This document shows positions 47,149-57,883 of a stretch of 64,000 nt of DNA, in pieces. Each line of letters opens with the position of its first letter. Within the stretch, counting starts at the first letter, position 1. The position numbers and the translations under genes were made by a program. The DNA is from Candidatus Sumerlaeota bacterium. GTDB taxonomy: Bacteria; Sumerlaeota; Sumerlaeia; MWCT01; JAUWMI01. Below the pieces are notes generated by a model, which worked only from the letters and a program-made list of their open reading frames with translations, had not been told where the DNA came from and did no database searches. Location: assembly GCA_030613245.1 (NCBI GenBank), contig JAUWMI010000003.1, forward strand, positions 1,062 to 65,061, given 5' to 3'.

Positions 47149-49134
47149 TTGAAGCACTGTAAGCGTCTCGGTGTCACAATATTCTGTTGGGTGCATTTGA
47201 TTTATTCCCTGAGGATCATTGTATTGACAAGGCATACACGACCAAACCTTGGCATCACACTGACCCTGCTGCTCGGTCTGGCATGGGTGTTCGGGTATGT
47301 ATTTGTTCATGCAGCGGATGAAATCCACCTTAATGACGGCCGAATTGTAGTTGGTTCTATCATTGAAACAACAGATTCCTACGTTCTGGTCCGAACGACC
47401 CAGAGCGAGTTTCGCATTGATAAGTCTCGGATTGTGAAGATTATACAGCAGCGTGACACGAGCAAAGAAGAGATCGAGGGGGATATGGCTTTGGAGGCGG
47501 GCCAGCTGGAGAAAGCATTGAATTTCTATCGTGCAGCACTGGCTCTGAAACAAAACGAAGAGGAGCTGGACCGTAAGATTCGGAACGTGCAGAAGCTCAT
47601 AAAGGACCGCGAAGAGCAGTATTTCGGCGAGTCGCTCAAGCAGATTGACGAGCTGATCCAAGAGGGGAGCTTGGACGCAGCAGAAGCAATGTTGCTCGAG
47701 ATTCTCAAGCCGGTGCCAGAAGGCCCGACCCGCGAGCGTCTTGAGGTCAGGCGTGCCAATATTCATTACCAAAAAGCCTTGGATTATCTCAATCGAGTGG
47801 ACTATCTGAAGGCGGAAGATGAACTTCGGCGCTCCATCGCGGTTCAGGAAGAATTTTATCCTGCTCACCTAAAGCTGGCCGAGCTCTTTTCCAAGCTTGC
47901 GCCCACTAAGCGCGTTGCCATCCAGGAATATCTGAAAGGCATGAAATATGGGGCAGACTCACTCTCCGAGGAAGAAATGTGCGAGTACAACTTTTCCGTG
48001 GCGTCGTTGTATTACGAACTCGCGGATTACCTTCCCGCGATCAAGCACTTTCGGATTGTGGCTGACATGGGGATTATGAAAACCTTGCAATGCAAGATGC
48101 GCATAGCCGAGGGGTACTATAGGCTGGCTGATGCTGCTGAGCAAAATGGTAATGTGTCACAGGCCGTAGCATATCTTCACCAGGCTGTCGAGGTGCTGCC
48201 AAGTTTCAAAGAGAGCTGGTTTAAGTTGGGCTATCTCTATCTTAAGCAGAACAAGTGCAAGGAAGCCATTGATTATCTTGAGGAGGCCTTACGCATTGAC
48301 AATTGGATTCCCGATGCGCACTATTACCTGGCCATGTGTTATCATGAGCAGAAGAACCAAGAGCGGGCGCTACGCGAGCTGGATAATGAGGTTCTCTACA
48401 ATCCAGCTAATTATAATGCGCTGTGTATGAGAGGGGAGATTTATTTTGCTGGTGGGAAATATGAAGAGGCGACCGAGGATTTTAAAAAGGCACGCGATAT
48501 CAATGATCAGAAGTTTCGAGCCTACTTTGGCCTGGGCAAGGCGTATCTGAGGCTCAAGGACCTGGCGAGGGCTGAGGAAAATTTGAGACGGGTGCTGGAC
48601 ATCGAACCCAGGCATCCCGAAGCGATTCTGCTGATGGGAACGATTTATCGAGAATGGAAGCGCTATGAAGAGGCGCGGGAGCTGTTTGAGAAGGTTATCG
48701 AAACCCTGAAGCGCTACGAGTTATCGCTATCTGAAGAAAATAAGGCTATACTTACTACAGCGCTGAACGAACGTGGGGGCATTGAGTTGATCATGGAACG
48801 CCCACGCACGGCAATTGACGACTTTGAAGAGGCGCTCAACTATAATCCTCGCCGTGCGGAGACCTATTCTAACCTGGGCCAAGCCTACAGACAGCTTGGC
48901 AGGATTCCGCAGGCGGAGAGTCACTATATTCGCGCGATTGAGCTAGACCCTAAGAATCCTGACTATTATCTTGGGCTTGGGATTATCTATCATAATTACC
49001 TGAAGAGATTAGACAAAGCCGTTGAGTATTACACCAAGTACATCTTATTTAACGGGCCAGACGCGCTCACGGTCAACAAGTGGATCGAAGAGTGCGGAGG
49101 GAAACCGGTCGATCTCACAACAGTAAAACAGTGA
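47149..49134 (+). CDS. TPR-repeat exported protein (true start probably ~47221)
   Basis: Signal peptide followed by DEIHLNDG; multiple TPRs. Confidence 0.8.
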   Translation: MKHCKRLGVTIFCWVHLIYSLRIIVLTRHTRPNLGITLTLLLGLAWVFGYVFVHAADEIHLNDGRIVVGSIIETTDSYVLVRTTQSEFRIDKSRIVKIIQQRDTSKEEIEGDMALEAGQLEKALNFYRAALALKQNEEELDRKIRNVQKLIKDREEQYFGESLKQIDELIQEGSLDAAEAMLLEILKPVPEGPTRERLEVRRANIHYQKALDYLNRVDYLKAEDELRRSIAVQEEFYPAHLKLAELFSKLAPTKRVAIQEYLKGMKYGADSLSEEEMCEYNFSVASLYYELADYLPAIKHFRIVADMGIMKTLQCKMRIAEGYYRLADAAEQNGNVSQAVAYLHQAVEVLPSFKESWFKLGYLYLKQNKCKEAIDYLEEALRIDNWIPDAHYYLAMCYHEQKNQERALRELDNEVLYNPANYNALCMRGEIYFAGGKYEEATEDFKKARDINDQKFRAYFGLGKAYLRLKDLARAEENLRRVLDIEPRHPEAILLMGTIYREWKRYEEARELFEKVIETLKRYELSLSEENKAILTTALNERGGIELIMERPRTAIDDFEEALNYNPRRAETYSNLGQAYRQLGRIPQAESHYIRAIELDPKNPDYYLGLGIIYHNYLKRLDKAVEYYTKYILFNGPDALTVNKWIEECGGKPVDLTTVKQ

Positions 49135-49244
49135 GCGGTCTACTTGGCGCGAAACGTCGCCCTCGCCTAGGCGAGTGCAAAACGCTTCGGGGCGTCTCGC
49201 CCAGCCACTTTGATGCGACAGCTAACACTTCACTTTTCAGCCCA

Positions 49245-50165
49245 ATGATCTGCTTGACGAGGCCCTTGGCAATTCTGATACTCCTTGCGCTTCTCGCCCT
49301 CTCGAGCGCAAGTCTCCGATGTGCCGCCCACCGGCGGGAACTTCCCGTGTATCCTTATGAAAATCTCTTGAGCATTCTGGCAGATTTTCAGTGGCATCTT
49401 GAGGACGACATCTACCGCTTTCCATATCCTCGGGATGCGGCTGGCAACAATATCTTCAAGATTACCATTGTCCGGCTGGCGAACTACCAGGAGCTTTATC
49501 CCGGCAGATTTTACGATATCGTGGCATTTGCCCGTGCCCAGGCCTATGAACGCCTGGGGGATTATCAACAGGCGATTGCTAATTACCAGCAGGTGCTGGG
49601 CAGTAACACAGAATTGAAACCATTGGCGCAAGAGAAGATGGCTATAGCCGAGGAATTTAATGAGACTATCAACCAGCCGCTGGAGCAGAGGACATTGCAG
49701 GGGTATATGGATGCCCTCAAGGATAAGATTGCACAGTTGGATCAGCTCATTACGCTCTACGAGGAAACACCGTATGAGGCGCTGGCAGAGGTGGAGAAAG
49801 AAAACGCTGAGGTTGAATATGCTGTTTTGCTGATAGAGAATCGCATGGTAATAAGAGATGGGGTTGAAAAGGCCGTCATCCAAATCCAGAAGCTGATCCA
49901 GGACAACGGCGAGAGCAAGAGAATTTATGCACATCGCGTACTGCTGGCGGATTTCTATTTTGCCCTGGCAAAGGAGTATGTTCTGCTGAACGATCCGGAA
50001 CAGGCTGCTTTCAAAATAAAGGAGTTCGAGGCTCTTGTGTCGGCCGCGCGAGCTCAGTACTACCAAGTTGAGCAGGCCGATGGGTACGAAGAGAAGCTTG
50101 AGGCCAGGGCCAAGTTGGAGGCGCTCAGGGAGTTTGCAAACACGATTGCCGCGCGGGCCAGGTAA
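49245..50165 (+). CDS. TPR-containing exported protein
   Basis: Hydrophobic N-terminus; helical TPR-like segments. Confidence 0.65.
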   Translation: MICLTRPLAILILLALLALSSASLRCAAHRRELPVYPYENLLSILADFQWHLEDDIYRFPYPRDAAGNNIFKITIVRLANYQELYPGRFYDIVAFARAQAYERLGDYQQAIANYQQVLGSNTELKPLAQEKMAIAEEFNETINQPLEQRTLQGYMDALKDKIAQLDQLITLYEETPYEALAEVEKENAEVEYAVLLIENRMVIRDGVEKAVIQIQKLIQDNGESKRIYAHRVLLADFYFALAKEYVLLNDPEQAAFKIKEFEALVSAARAQYYQVEQADGYEEKLEARAKLEALREFANTIAARAR

Positions 50166-50801
50166 TTGACGATCAGGCTCACCAGTAGCGCCTGAGGATG
50201 AGCGTCCTTTGGCAAGCTGATGGATTGCCTCGTCTGCTCGGCAGAGCCCCGGCATTCCTGCTTAGATTGGTCGGTGGAGGGCACCTAGAAAGCCCGGTAT
50301 TTGAGTCGCGTGGCACTTGCAAAAGTCAGAACATAATTGTGCTCCTCTCAGTGCCTGTAGCTGGAATCTGGCTTCATAGTCCAGACGAGAAATGTGGTCC
50401 GGGATTAGAAAAGATAGTTATTGGTTATTGTGTTCAACAATGCCCTGCGCAGTCATGACCATTTGCAGGTACGCTATGCCGAGGCTTTGCGCGTCATTTG
50501 CTCCCATGTGGCTATTAGTCTTTGGATGGTACAATGATTGGCGCTGAAAGTGCTATATATTTGAAAACATTGAAAATAGAGCTGATTCTTCACCACTCTG
50601 AAAGGTGCATAAACACTGTTGAGCATAGGCATATTCCGGATAGGCCGCTGGTTAGAATATTTCGTGTGGTGAGACGATTTTTCTTGATTTTCCTGACTCA
50701 AAGGGCTAATCGATATAACTTGTTCTGTAGAAGTGGTGATAGGATTTAGGGCAGGCTAGCTGGCAGGGCGGAATAAATCGCGAAAGGAATGAATTTTTAT
50801 A

Positions 50802-50831
50802 TTGACACGGGGAGAAATATGTTTTTAGAAT
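50802..50831 (+). promoter_or_regulatory. Putative sigma-70 promoter of pilin B
   Basis: TTGACA-18 bp-TAGAAT; GGAGGTG RBS downstream. Confidence 0.6.
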
Positions 50832-50877
50832 ATGCCAATATCAAGTGAGGAAATTTAAAAAAGGGAGGTGACATTTA

Positions 50878-51498
50878 ATGAGGCCTAAAAAAGGGTTTAC
50901 TTTGATCGAATTGTTGATCGTTGTAGCTATTATTGCCATTTTGGCCGCCATTGCTATTCCGAATTTTCTCGAGGCGCAGATTCGGTCAAAGGTCTCAAAA
51001 GCAAAGGCTGATATGAGAACGGCCACCACTGGGCTGGAGTCTTATTTTGTTGATCACAATAAATACCCTAACGATGTGGAAGCTGGGTGGCCCTGGTATT
51101 TTACCGTGCAATTAACGACCCCGATCTCATATCTGACCAGCACTAATCTACTCGATCCATTTCGGGACACTCATGTTCGAACCGGCCATGTGTACTGGAG
51201 ACGCTACCGTTACATTAACTACCCGGCGAATCTGGACAATTGGGGCGGTCTCGGGCCGAGTTGGATTGGATGGAGGCCGTCGGTTACTGAGTCGGAGTGC
51301 CTGGCGGGCATGCGCAAATACGGCATGTGGAAATTGTCGTCTGCGGGACCGGATCGGTTCATTAGCTACGACTCGGAGCATGGCTTCTTCACCAACGAAA
51401 TGGTCTACGATCCGACCAATGGAACGGTTTCAGTTGGAGACATTATCAGGTCGCAAAAGGATCCGGATGTCAGGAGCCAAGAGTATATTGATCCGTAG
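50878..51498 (+). CDS. Type IV pilin / pseudopilin-like protein (pilin B)
   Basis: KG|FTLIELLIVVAIIAILAAIAIP; YDPTNGTVSVGDI. Confidence 0.9.
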   Translation: MRPKKGFTLIELLIVVAIIAILAAIAIPNFLEAQIRSKVSKAKADMRTATTGLESYFVDHNKYPNDVEAGWPWYFTVQLTTPISYLTSTNLLDPFRDTHVRTGHVYWRRYRYINYPANLDNWGGLGPSWIGWRPSVTESECLAGMRKYGMWKLSSAGPDRFISYDSEHGFFTNEMVYDPTNGTVSVGDIIRSQKDPDVRSQEYIDP

Positions 51499-51557
51499 TG
51501 CATGACGGGCCGAATTGGTCACCGTTCACATAGTCGGCTGACGAGATTTCAAAGTTT

Positions 51558-51596
51558 AATTAGCGTTGGGATTTCATCCCAACGCTAATTTTTTTT
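51558..51596 (+). terminator. Rho-independent terminator
   Basis: AATTAGCGTTGGGAT-TTC-ATCCCAACGCTAATT followed by a T run. Confidence 0.9.
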
Positions 51597-51867
51597 GTCA
51601 CTATGGGGCGCGTCTTGGTAAGCACGAGAAGGACGTTGAATCTGCTTTTCGATATGGGCTGCTTGCTTACAGCGGGAGACAGCCCAGGATTTGTGTGACA
51701 ACGATAGGGAAGGGCGGACGCCAGCTGGGGGAATTGGAGTTGATCGGTTTAAAAATACGTTTTCTGATGTTACACAATAAGATCGCGCGGAGCAAGGACG
51801 TCACGGCGTGCTGCAGCGAAATGCACGAAAAGGTGCCGCGCGCACCACACCTGGCGAGCCGAAGGGA

Positions 51868-52176
51868 TCACACAGGTAGCTTTGCTTTGTTCTGAGGCAG
51901 CATCATCAAGTCCACGTTACGATCCGCACGAAGCCCCGATTGTCTGCCTCCGCCCACTGGCAATAAGATCTTTATTCGGGCATCTTCATGCAAAATTGTG
52001 TCTGGCGTTGCAGATGCCTCATTCACGAAGATGCTTAGGTGGCGTTGCTCGGACGCTGAGAAAGCAAGACGGTCAAGTACATCTCTCACCGTGCATCCCT
52101 GCGGCACGTCCAGTGATTGGGACGGTGTGTGATGGGCACGGCGTAAAGCGCCAAACAGTTCAACTCTTACCTGCAT
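51868..52176 (-). CDS. MoaD/ThiS family sulfur carrier with C-terminal extension
   Basis: MQVRVELFGALR...TVRDVL...VN...LPVGGG followed by 25 extra residues. Confidence 0.75.
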   Translation of the reverse strand: MQVRVELFGALRRAHHTPSQSLDVPQGCTVRDVLDRLAFSASEQRHLSIFVNEASATPDTILHEDARIKILLPVGGGRQSGLRADRNVDLMMLPQNKAKLPV

Positions 52177-52266
52177 GTGTTCTTTCTTCCTTCATTTGAC
52201 TAATGGCCGCGCGTTTCCTCTGTATCTGGTCTGCGCTGTGATAGTGGGGTAGAGAGTTTTGAATCC

Positions 52267-54609
52267 CTAAAGTTTCTTCTGGCGCCCTTGGTTGCGCAGC
52301 GCGTCCAGGACGTGCTGAGGAGTAAATGGAGCGTGACGGAGCCGAATGCCCACCGCGTGGTAGACCGCATTAGAGATTGCAGGAAGCGGGCCGTTTATTG
52401 AGATCTCGGCAATGCTTTTTGCGCCAAAGGGGCCTGTTGGCTCGTGTGTCGGCACGAGTATGGCCTTTATGGGCGGTACGTCGCGTGCTGAGAAGATGCT
52501 GTAGTAGTTGAAATTGGGATTCAGCATGCGTCCCCGGGCGTCAAAGTGGAACTCCTCGATCAGGGCGAAGCTGATGCCATTGACAATAGCACCCTCGGTC
52601 TGGCCTTCAGCCAGTGCGGGATTGATGGCGGTTCCACAGTCGACTGCTGCGACGTACTCGAGCACACGGATTTCTCCTGTTTCAGTATCAACTTCGACTT
52701 CAGCGAAATGAGCGGCGAAGGGTGGCGGAGAGATATGGGTATGCTGCGAGGCAGTTGCACTGATGTGGAATTGGTTTTTCTGATACAGCGAATAATGGGC
52801 AACGTCCGCGAGCGAGACCCTGCGTGTGGTAGTCTTCTGGTGCATAACTGTGCCTTTGCGGAGCATCAGCATAGATGGCTCGGTGTTGAGCATTTCAGAG
52901 GCGACCCGAAGGATTTGTTGGCGGACCTGTTCAGCGGCGTGTTTCACTGCGTTTCCTGAGAGGTAGGTGGTGCTGGACGCATAGGCGCCGACATCGAACG
53001 GCGTGAAGTCGGTGTCCGAGGAATGCACGACGATCTGATCGGTTGTGACGCTGAGGATTTCAGCAGCGATTTGCGCCAACACCGTGTCGCTGCCTGTGCC
53101 CAGGTCCGTAGCGCCGGCGAGTAGAATGAAGGAGCCGTCGTCGTTCATGGTGATTGTTGCGGCGGCCATGTCAATCTCCGGAATTGCAGAGCCTTGCATA
53201 AGGCAGACCATGCCGACGCCGCGCCTGCGCACGCCTTTGTCGCGGCGGCGCCGCTTTGTATGCCAGGAAATAGCACGCGCACCCTGATCAATGCACGCAT
53301 CAAGGCCGCACGTGTTGAGTTTCATCTCAACGCCCTTTTTCCCTTCACCCAGAGCCTGGAACACTGGAGATCCCTCGCCTGCACGAATGTGGTTTCGTTT
53401 ATGAAACGTCGGGGGATCCATGCCAATGGCATGAGCCATTTCATCCATCTGTACACCCATGGCAAAGAAGGCCTGGGTGGCGCCATAGCCGCGGTAGGCG
53501 CCGCCGATGGGTAGGTTTGTGTATGCGGTATTGCCTTCAAAGCGTACGTTCGGGCAGCGATAGAGCGGCAGGGTTTTGCTGCCCGAGTTGCAGACAACCG
53601 TGAGTGCATGCGGTCCGTACGCACCGGCGTTCATGAGAATACTGAGATCAAGTGCGGTGAGCGAGCCGTCCTTTTTTACACCTGACTTCAGGCGAATATG
53701 CTGGGGATGACGGGTGCGTGTACACATAAATTCTTCTTCGCGCGTGAGTTGCAGTTTCACGGGTCGCCGGGTGAGCAGTGTCAGGGCTCCGCTAATTGCC
53801 TCAAGTATTATTTCCTGCTTGCCACCAAACGCACCACCAATGCGGGGTTTCACTACGCGGATGCGGCTGACTGGTTGCTGAAGCACACGCGCAACAATGC
53901 GCCGGACGTGAAACGGCACCTGCGTGCTGGTGCGAATGACCAGCCGGTTCTGTTCGTCCAAATAGGTGATAACAATGTGTGTTTCGAGTGCCGCATGGGC
54001 GCCATAGTGGGTGCTGTACTGATTGTCAAGCAGGACATCTGCTTGGTGAAAACCGGCTTCGACGTCGCCAATTTCCATATCAACGTGCGCAGCAAGATTG
54101 CGCTGCGGCTCGTAGATGACAGGTAGGGGAGCATACGCATCCGGCTCGTCATGAATAATCGGTGCATCTTTCTGAAGCGCCTGGTGTGGGTCGAACACCG
54201 GGTCGAGTATCTCGTAATCAACCTGAATAAGCTGGAGTGCCTGGTTTGCGATTTGCAGCGTGTCAGCTGCCACGGCAGCCACTGCATCGCCAACATAGCG
54301 AACTTTTCGGTCGAACAGAAAAGTATCGTAGGGCGACGGCTCTGGATGTCCCTGCCCCGCAGTGGTATGAGCTACACGGGGCACATTTTTGTAGGTTAAA
54401 ATTCCATGTACACCCGGCAAGCGCGCGGCCTCAGACGTATCAATCTTGCGAATCCGGGCATGGGCATGAGGACTGCGGAGCATCCTGGCATGGAGCATGC
54501 TGCGCAGCTCAAAGTCGTCAGTGAATTGTGCGCTGCCAGTAGCCAGACTCACGCCATCTACTTTCGGGACGCTTATGCCGACAATGTTGAATGTGCGTTT
54601 CTGTGGCAT
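52267..54609 (-). CDS. Xanthine dehydrogenase family molybdopterin-binding subunit (XdhD/YgfN-like)
   Basis: LRSPHAHARI, GGAFGGKQ, AYRGYG, DLGTG and GPFGAKSIAE motifs. Confidence 0.92.
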   Translation of the reverse strand: MPQKRTFNIVGISVPKVDGVSLATGSAQFTDDFELRSMLHARMLRSPHAHARIRKIDTSEAARLPGVHGILTYKNVPRVAHTTAGQGHPEPSPYDTFLFDRKVRYVGDAVAAVAADTLQIANQALQLIQVDYEILDPVFDPHQALQKDAPIIHDEPDAYAPLPVIYEPQRNLAAHVDMEIGDVEAGFHQADVLLDNQYSTHYGAHAALETHIVITYLDEQNRLVIRTSTQVPFHVRRIVARVLQQPVSRIRVVKPRIGGAFGGKQEIILEAISGALTLLTRRPVKLQLTREEEFMCTRTRHPQHIRLKSGVKKDGSLTALDLSILMNAGAYGPHALTVVCNSGSKTLPLYRCPNVRFEGNTAYTNLPIGGAYRGYGATQAFFAMGVQMDEMAHAIGMDPPTFHKRNHIRAGEGSPVFQALGEGKKGVEMKLNTCGLDACIDQGARAISWHTKRRRRDKGVRRRGVGMVCLMQGSAIPEIDMAAATITMNDDGSFILLAGATDLGTGSDTVLAQIAAEILSVTTDQIVVHSSDTDFTPFDVGAYASSTTYLSGNAVKHAAEQVRQQILRVASEMLNTEPSMLMLRKGTVMHQKTTTRRVSLADVAHYSLYQKNQFHISATASQHTHISPPPFAAHFAEVEVDTETGEIRVLEYVAAVDCGTAINPALAEGQTEGAIVNGISFALIEEFHFDARGRMLNPNFNYYSIFSARDVPPIKAILVPTHEPTGPFGAKSIAEISINGPLPAISNAVYHAVGIRLRHAPFTPQHVLDALRNQGRQKKL

Positions 54610-54614
54610 GAAAT

Positions 54615-55076
54615 CTATCTCTTTAAGATCCTGCTGGCAGCCAAAACTGCCTGCACTTGCTTAACGTAGCCTGTGCAACGGCACAGATTTCCATCAAGGG
54701 CCTCGCGGACTTGTGCTTCGCTTGGATGAGGAATTTCGTCAAGCAAGGCTTTTGCCGACAGCATGGCGCCAGGCGTGCAGTATCCGCACTGAATAGCGCC
54801 AGCGTCAACGAAGGTACGCTGCAGGGGATGGGGCGCGTCGGGCGTGCCAAGGCCTTCAATGGTTGTTATCTGCTGGCCGGCGGCTCGTACGGCCAGAATC
54901 AGGCAGGAATTAACTGCCTTCCCGTTGAGCAGAATCACGCATGCCCCGCACGTGCCTTTGCGGCACCCTTCCTTCACGCCCTTATATCCTTCGCGGCGCA
55001 GAACGTCCAGGAGCACGTCATTTGGCTCGACACTAAGCACCTTTTTCTGGCCATTAATGGCTGTTGTGATTTTCAC
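54615..55076 (-). CDS. Xanthine dehydrogenase family [2Fe-2S] subunit
   Basis: KEGCxxGxCGAC, QCGYCTPG and NLCRCTGY motifs; GTG start overlaps the upstream stop (GTGA). Confidence 0.92.
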   Translation of the reverse strand: MKITTAINGQKKVLSVEPNDVLLDVLRREGYKGVKEGCRKGTCGACVILLNGKAVNSCLILAVRAAGQQITTIEGLGTPDAPHPLQRTFVDAGAIQCGYCTPGAMLSAKALLDEIPHPSEAQVREALDGNLCRCTGYVKQVQAVLAASRILKR

Positions 55077-56014
55077 GCGGTGCCTCCTGATGATTTTCTC
55101 TTGCGAGATGCGGTCGGACGTCTCTTTCTCCCCCCGGAAACCGCCTGGGTCTGGGCGGCACGTGCCCATGCCTCCTGGATGGCCCGTTTTACCAGTACGC
55201 CAGCAACTTCTTTTCTGTACTCTGGATCAGCTCGCATATCCGCTACGGGTTTAACGATCTGTGCAGTCATGCTTTTCGCCTGTTCGAGGAGGCTCGGAGT
55301 AAGCGGCGCATTTTCGAGCAAATCTTCTACTTTTCGGAGACGAAACGGCAGGGCCGTAGCCGCGCCGATAACCAGGCGGACGTTGTGACACGCTCTGCCC
55401 CGGCGCTCGAGTACACAGGCCACGTTCAGCATGGCATAGCCCGTGTGTGTGCGTGCAAACTTGATAAACGCGCCTCCGCAGGAAGAGGAAGTTTTTGGCA
55501 CAACAACCTCGGTCACGAGCTCATGAAAGGCCAGATGCCTTTTTGGATGAGAACGGAAAAACGCTGCGGCACTGATGCTCCGACGACCGCTTTTTCCCTG
55601 AATCCGGATTGTCGCATCAAGGGCGAGGAGAGCGACTGGCAAACTGGACCAGAAGAAGAGCTGCACAATGTTGCCACCGACGGTGACAAGGTTACGGGTC
55701 GGAGTAGCTCCCACTGCATGGGCCGCCTGCTGGAGCACACCGCCAGCAACACGATCAACCGCGGCGTGCTTGCACAAATCTTTCATTACGGCTGTAGCGC
55801 CAATTCTTATTGACCGTTGGCTCTCCTTTATATACCTAAGCTTCAGGTCAGAAAGGTCGAGCAGGCCCGTGATCTTTCGACTGGTAGAGAGCGCGAGGCT
55901 TGTGCCACCGGCAAGAGGAACGCGGCGACCTTTACCTTTGGAGAGAAGAGTGATCGCCGTAGCCACTGACCTTGGCCTGAAGTATTCGGTGAGTTTTGGA
56001 AGTATCTGTTGCAT
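55073..56014 (-). CDS. Xanthine dehydrogenase family FAD-binding subunit
   Basis: LAGGTSL, IRIGA, TRNLVTVGGNI and DMRADPEYR motifs; start taken at ATG 56014. Confidence 0.88.
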   Translation of the reverse strand: MQQILPKLTEYFRPRSVATAITLLSKGKGRRVPLAGGTSLALSTSRKITGLLDLSDLKLRYIKESQRSIRIGATAVMKDLCKHAAVDRVAGGVLQQAAHAVGATPTRNLVTVGGNIVQLFFWSSLPVALLALDATIRIQGKSGRRSISAAAFFRSHPKRHLAFHELVTEVVVPKTSSSCGGAFIKFARTHTGYAMLNVACVLERRGRACHNVRLVIGAATALPFRLRKVEDLLENAPLTPSLLEQAKSMTAQIVKPVADMRADPEYRKEVAGVLVKRAIQEAWARAAQTQAVSGGRKRRPTASRKRKSSGGTA

Positions 56015-56209
56015 TCTGTTCTTTGGCGGAATTCGTGTTAACTCAGTATACAAGGCAGAACAAAGGACGCGATGCTGCGCTCCGGCACTGCGTAGCATGC
56101 ATCTCTTGTAACGAGTTGAAATAATAGGGGAAGGGGTTTGGCGTAGTAAAGGATTTCTTTTTATTTTGAGAGGCAGGCGGATTGTTATTGAGCAAGGAGG
56201 AAGCAAGGT

Positions 56210-57883
56210 ATGCGAGGCAAAAGAAAGGGCGTTGTCATCGGCGTGGACGTTGGTACTGCGAGCGTGCGTGCAGGGATTTTTGATCTGCGCGGGAAGATGC
56301 TTGCCAGTGCCACGCATCCGATTGCCGTATTCCGACCAGAAGAGGATTTCGTAGAACAGTCATCGCGGAACATCTGGGCCGGTGTGGGGAAGACAGTGAA
56401 GAAGGCAATGCATGACGCTCAGGTGAGCAGAGATCAGGTGGCAGGGATCGGATTTGACGCTACATGCTCGCTGGTGGTGCTCGATGCAAAGGATCAGCCG
56501 GTTACGATTTCGAAATCTCGCGATCCGGAGCGCAACGTCATAGTCTGGATGGATCATCGCGCAAAGGAGCAGGCCGTGCGAATTAACGCAACAGGGCATT
56601 GCGTACTGAAGTACGTTGGCGGTCAGCTTTCGCCGGAACAGGAGCCGCCGAAACTTCTCTGGATCAAGGAGAATCTTCCCAAAACCTGGGCAAAGGCGGC
56701 AAAATTCATGGATCTGGCCGACTTTCTGACGTACCAGGCGACCAAGAACGATGTGCGCAGCATGTGCACGACGGTATGCAAATGGACGTACCTGAGACAC
56801 GAAGGGCCAAGCGGGAGCTGGGATATGAGTTTTTTCCAGGCTGTGAATCTGGCTGATCTGTTCGAGGGAGATCGGGCAGGCAAGATAGTCAGTCCGCTGG
56901 GTAAACGGGCAGGCGATCTGGCGCCGGATGCAGCCAAAGACCTGGGACTGCGGCCAGGTATCCCGGTGGCTGTGGGTATCATTGATGCGCATGCGGGCGG
57001 GATCGGCGTGCTGGGTATGTCGAAGAAAGGTACGGAAGCGGCTGTGACGCCAGAGGAGCTGGAACAGCGCGTTGCATTGATTGGAGGGACATCGTCGTGT
57101 CATATGGCGGTGTCGCGCAAGCCGAATTTCATCCCCGGCATCTGGGGGCCATACTTCAGTGCGATGGTGCCTGGCCTGTGGCTTACGGAAGGTGGGCAGA
57201 GCGCCACAGGAGCATTGATTGATCATCTGATTGATGGTCACAGTGCCGGTACAGTGCTCCAAAAACGTGCTGTACGCGAGAAGCGGACGGTGTACGAGCT
57301 TCTGAACAACACAGTGAGACGACTTGCCAGGGGTCTTACGTTTCCTGCTCAGCTCACCGGTGAGCTGCACGTGCTCCCGTATTTTCACGGCAATCGGTCG
57401 CCGCGTGCCAATCCGCATCTGAAGGGCATGGTGAGCGGGCTTACTCTGGATAATTCACCTGAGGCGCTGGCGCGAATCTACTATGCAGGTGTCCAGGCTG
57501 TGGCATACGGAACGCGGCATATTATCGAAGAGATGAATAAGGGAGGATATCGCATCAGCCAGATTTACGCATGCGGTGGAGGGACGAAAAATCCACTCTG
57601 GCTGCAGGAGCATGCGGATATTACAGGGTGCGAGATTCTGCTGCCGCACGAGTCCGAGGCGGTACTGCTCGGGTCGGCGATACTCTGCGCTGTGGCGGCA
57701 GGGTGCTTTGAGTCGGTGCTTCACGGCATGCACGCGATGAGCCGCTGCGGCAAAACGATCGCGCCAAATCCGAAAACCCGCACATACCACGATGCAAAGT
57801 ACAATATTTTTCATCGTATGTATGATCACCAGATGGAATACAAGGAGCTCATGAAACCCGGGCAGAAAGCTGGAAATACGTAG
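56210..57883 (+). CDS. FGGY-family pentulose (ribulose) kinase
   Basis: GVDVGTASVR, GIGFDATCSL, WMDHRA, GTSSCHM and FHGNRSP motifs. Confidence 0.92.
   Translation: MRGKRKGVVIGVDVGTASVRAGIFDLRGKMLASATHPIAVFRPEEDFVEQSSRNIWAGVGKTVKKAMHDAQVSRDQVAGIGFDATCSLVVLDAKDQPVTISKSRDPERNVIVWMDHRAKEQAVRINATGHCVLKYVGGQLSPEQEPPKLLWIKENLPKTWAKAAKFMDLADFLTYQATKNDVRSMCTTVCKWTYLRHEGPSGSWDMSFFQAVNLADLFEGDRAGKIVSPLGKRAGDLAPDAAKDLGLRPGIPVAVGIIDAHAGGIGVLGMSKKGTEAAVTPEELEQRVALIGGTSSCHMAVSRKPNFIPGIWGPYFSAMVPGLWLTEGGQSATGALIDHLIDGHSAGTVLQKRAVREKRTVYELLNNTVRRLARGLTFPAQLTGELHVLPYFHGNRSPRANPHLKGMVSGLTLDNSPEALARIYYAGVQAVAYGTRHIIEEMNKGGYRISQIYACGGGTKNPLWLQEHADITGCEILLPHESEAVLLGSAILCAVAAGCFESVLHGMHAMSRCGKTIAPNPKTRTYHDAKYNIFHRMYDHQMEYKELMKPGQKAGNT

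Noticed and set aside
49230..50255. 341-aa minus-strand ORF
   Set aside because: Antisense shadow of the plus-strand TPR gene; no recognisable motifs.
56015..56317. N-terminal extension of the FAD subunit in the ORF track
   Set aside because: Overlaps the divergent FGGY kinase gene; family homology begins at ATG 56014.
56360..57418. 352-aa minus-strand ORF
   Set aside because: Antisense to the well-supported FGGY kinase.
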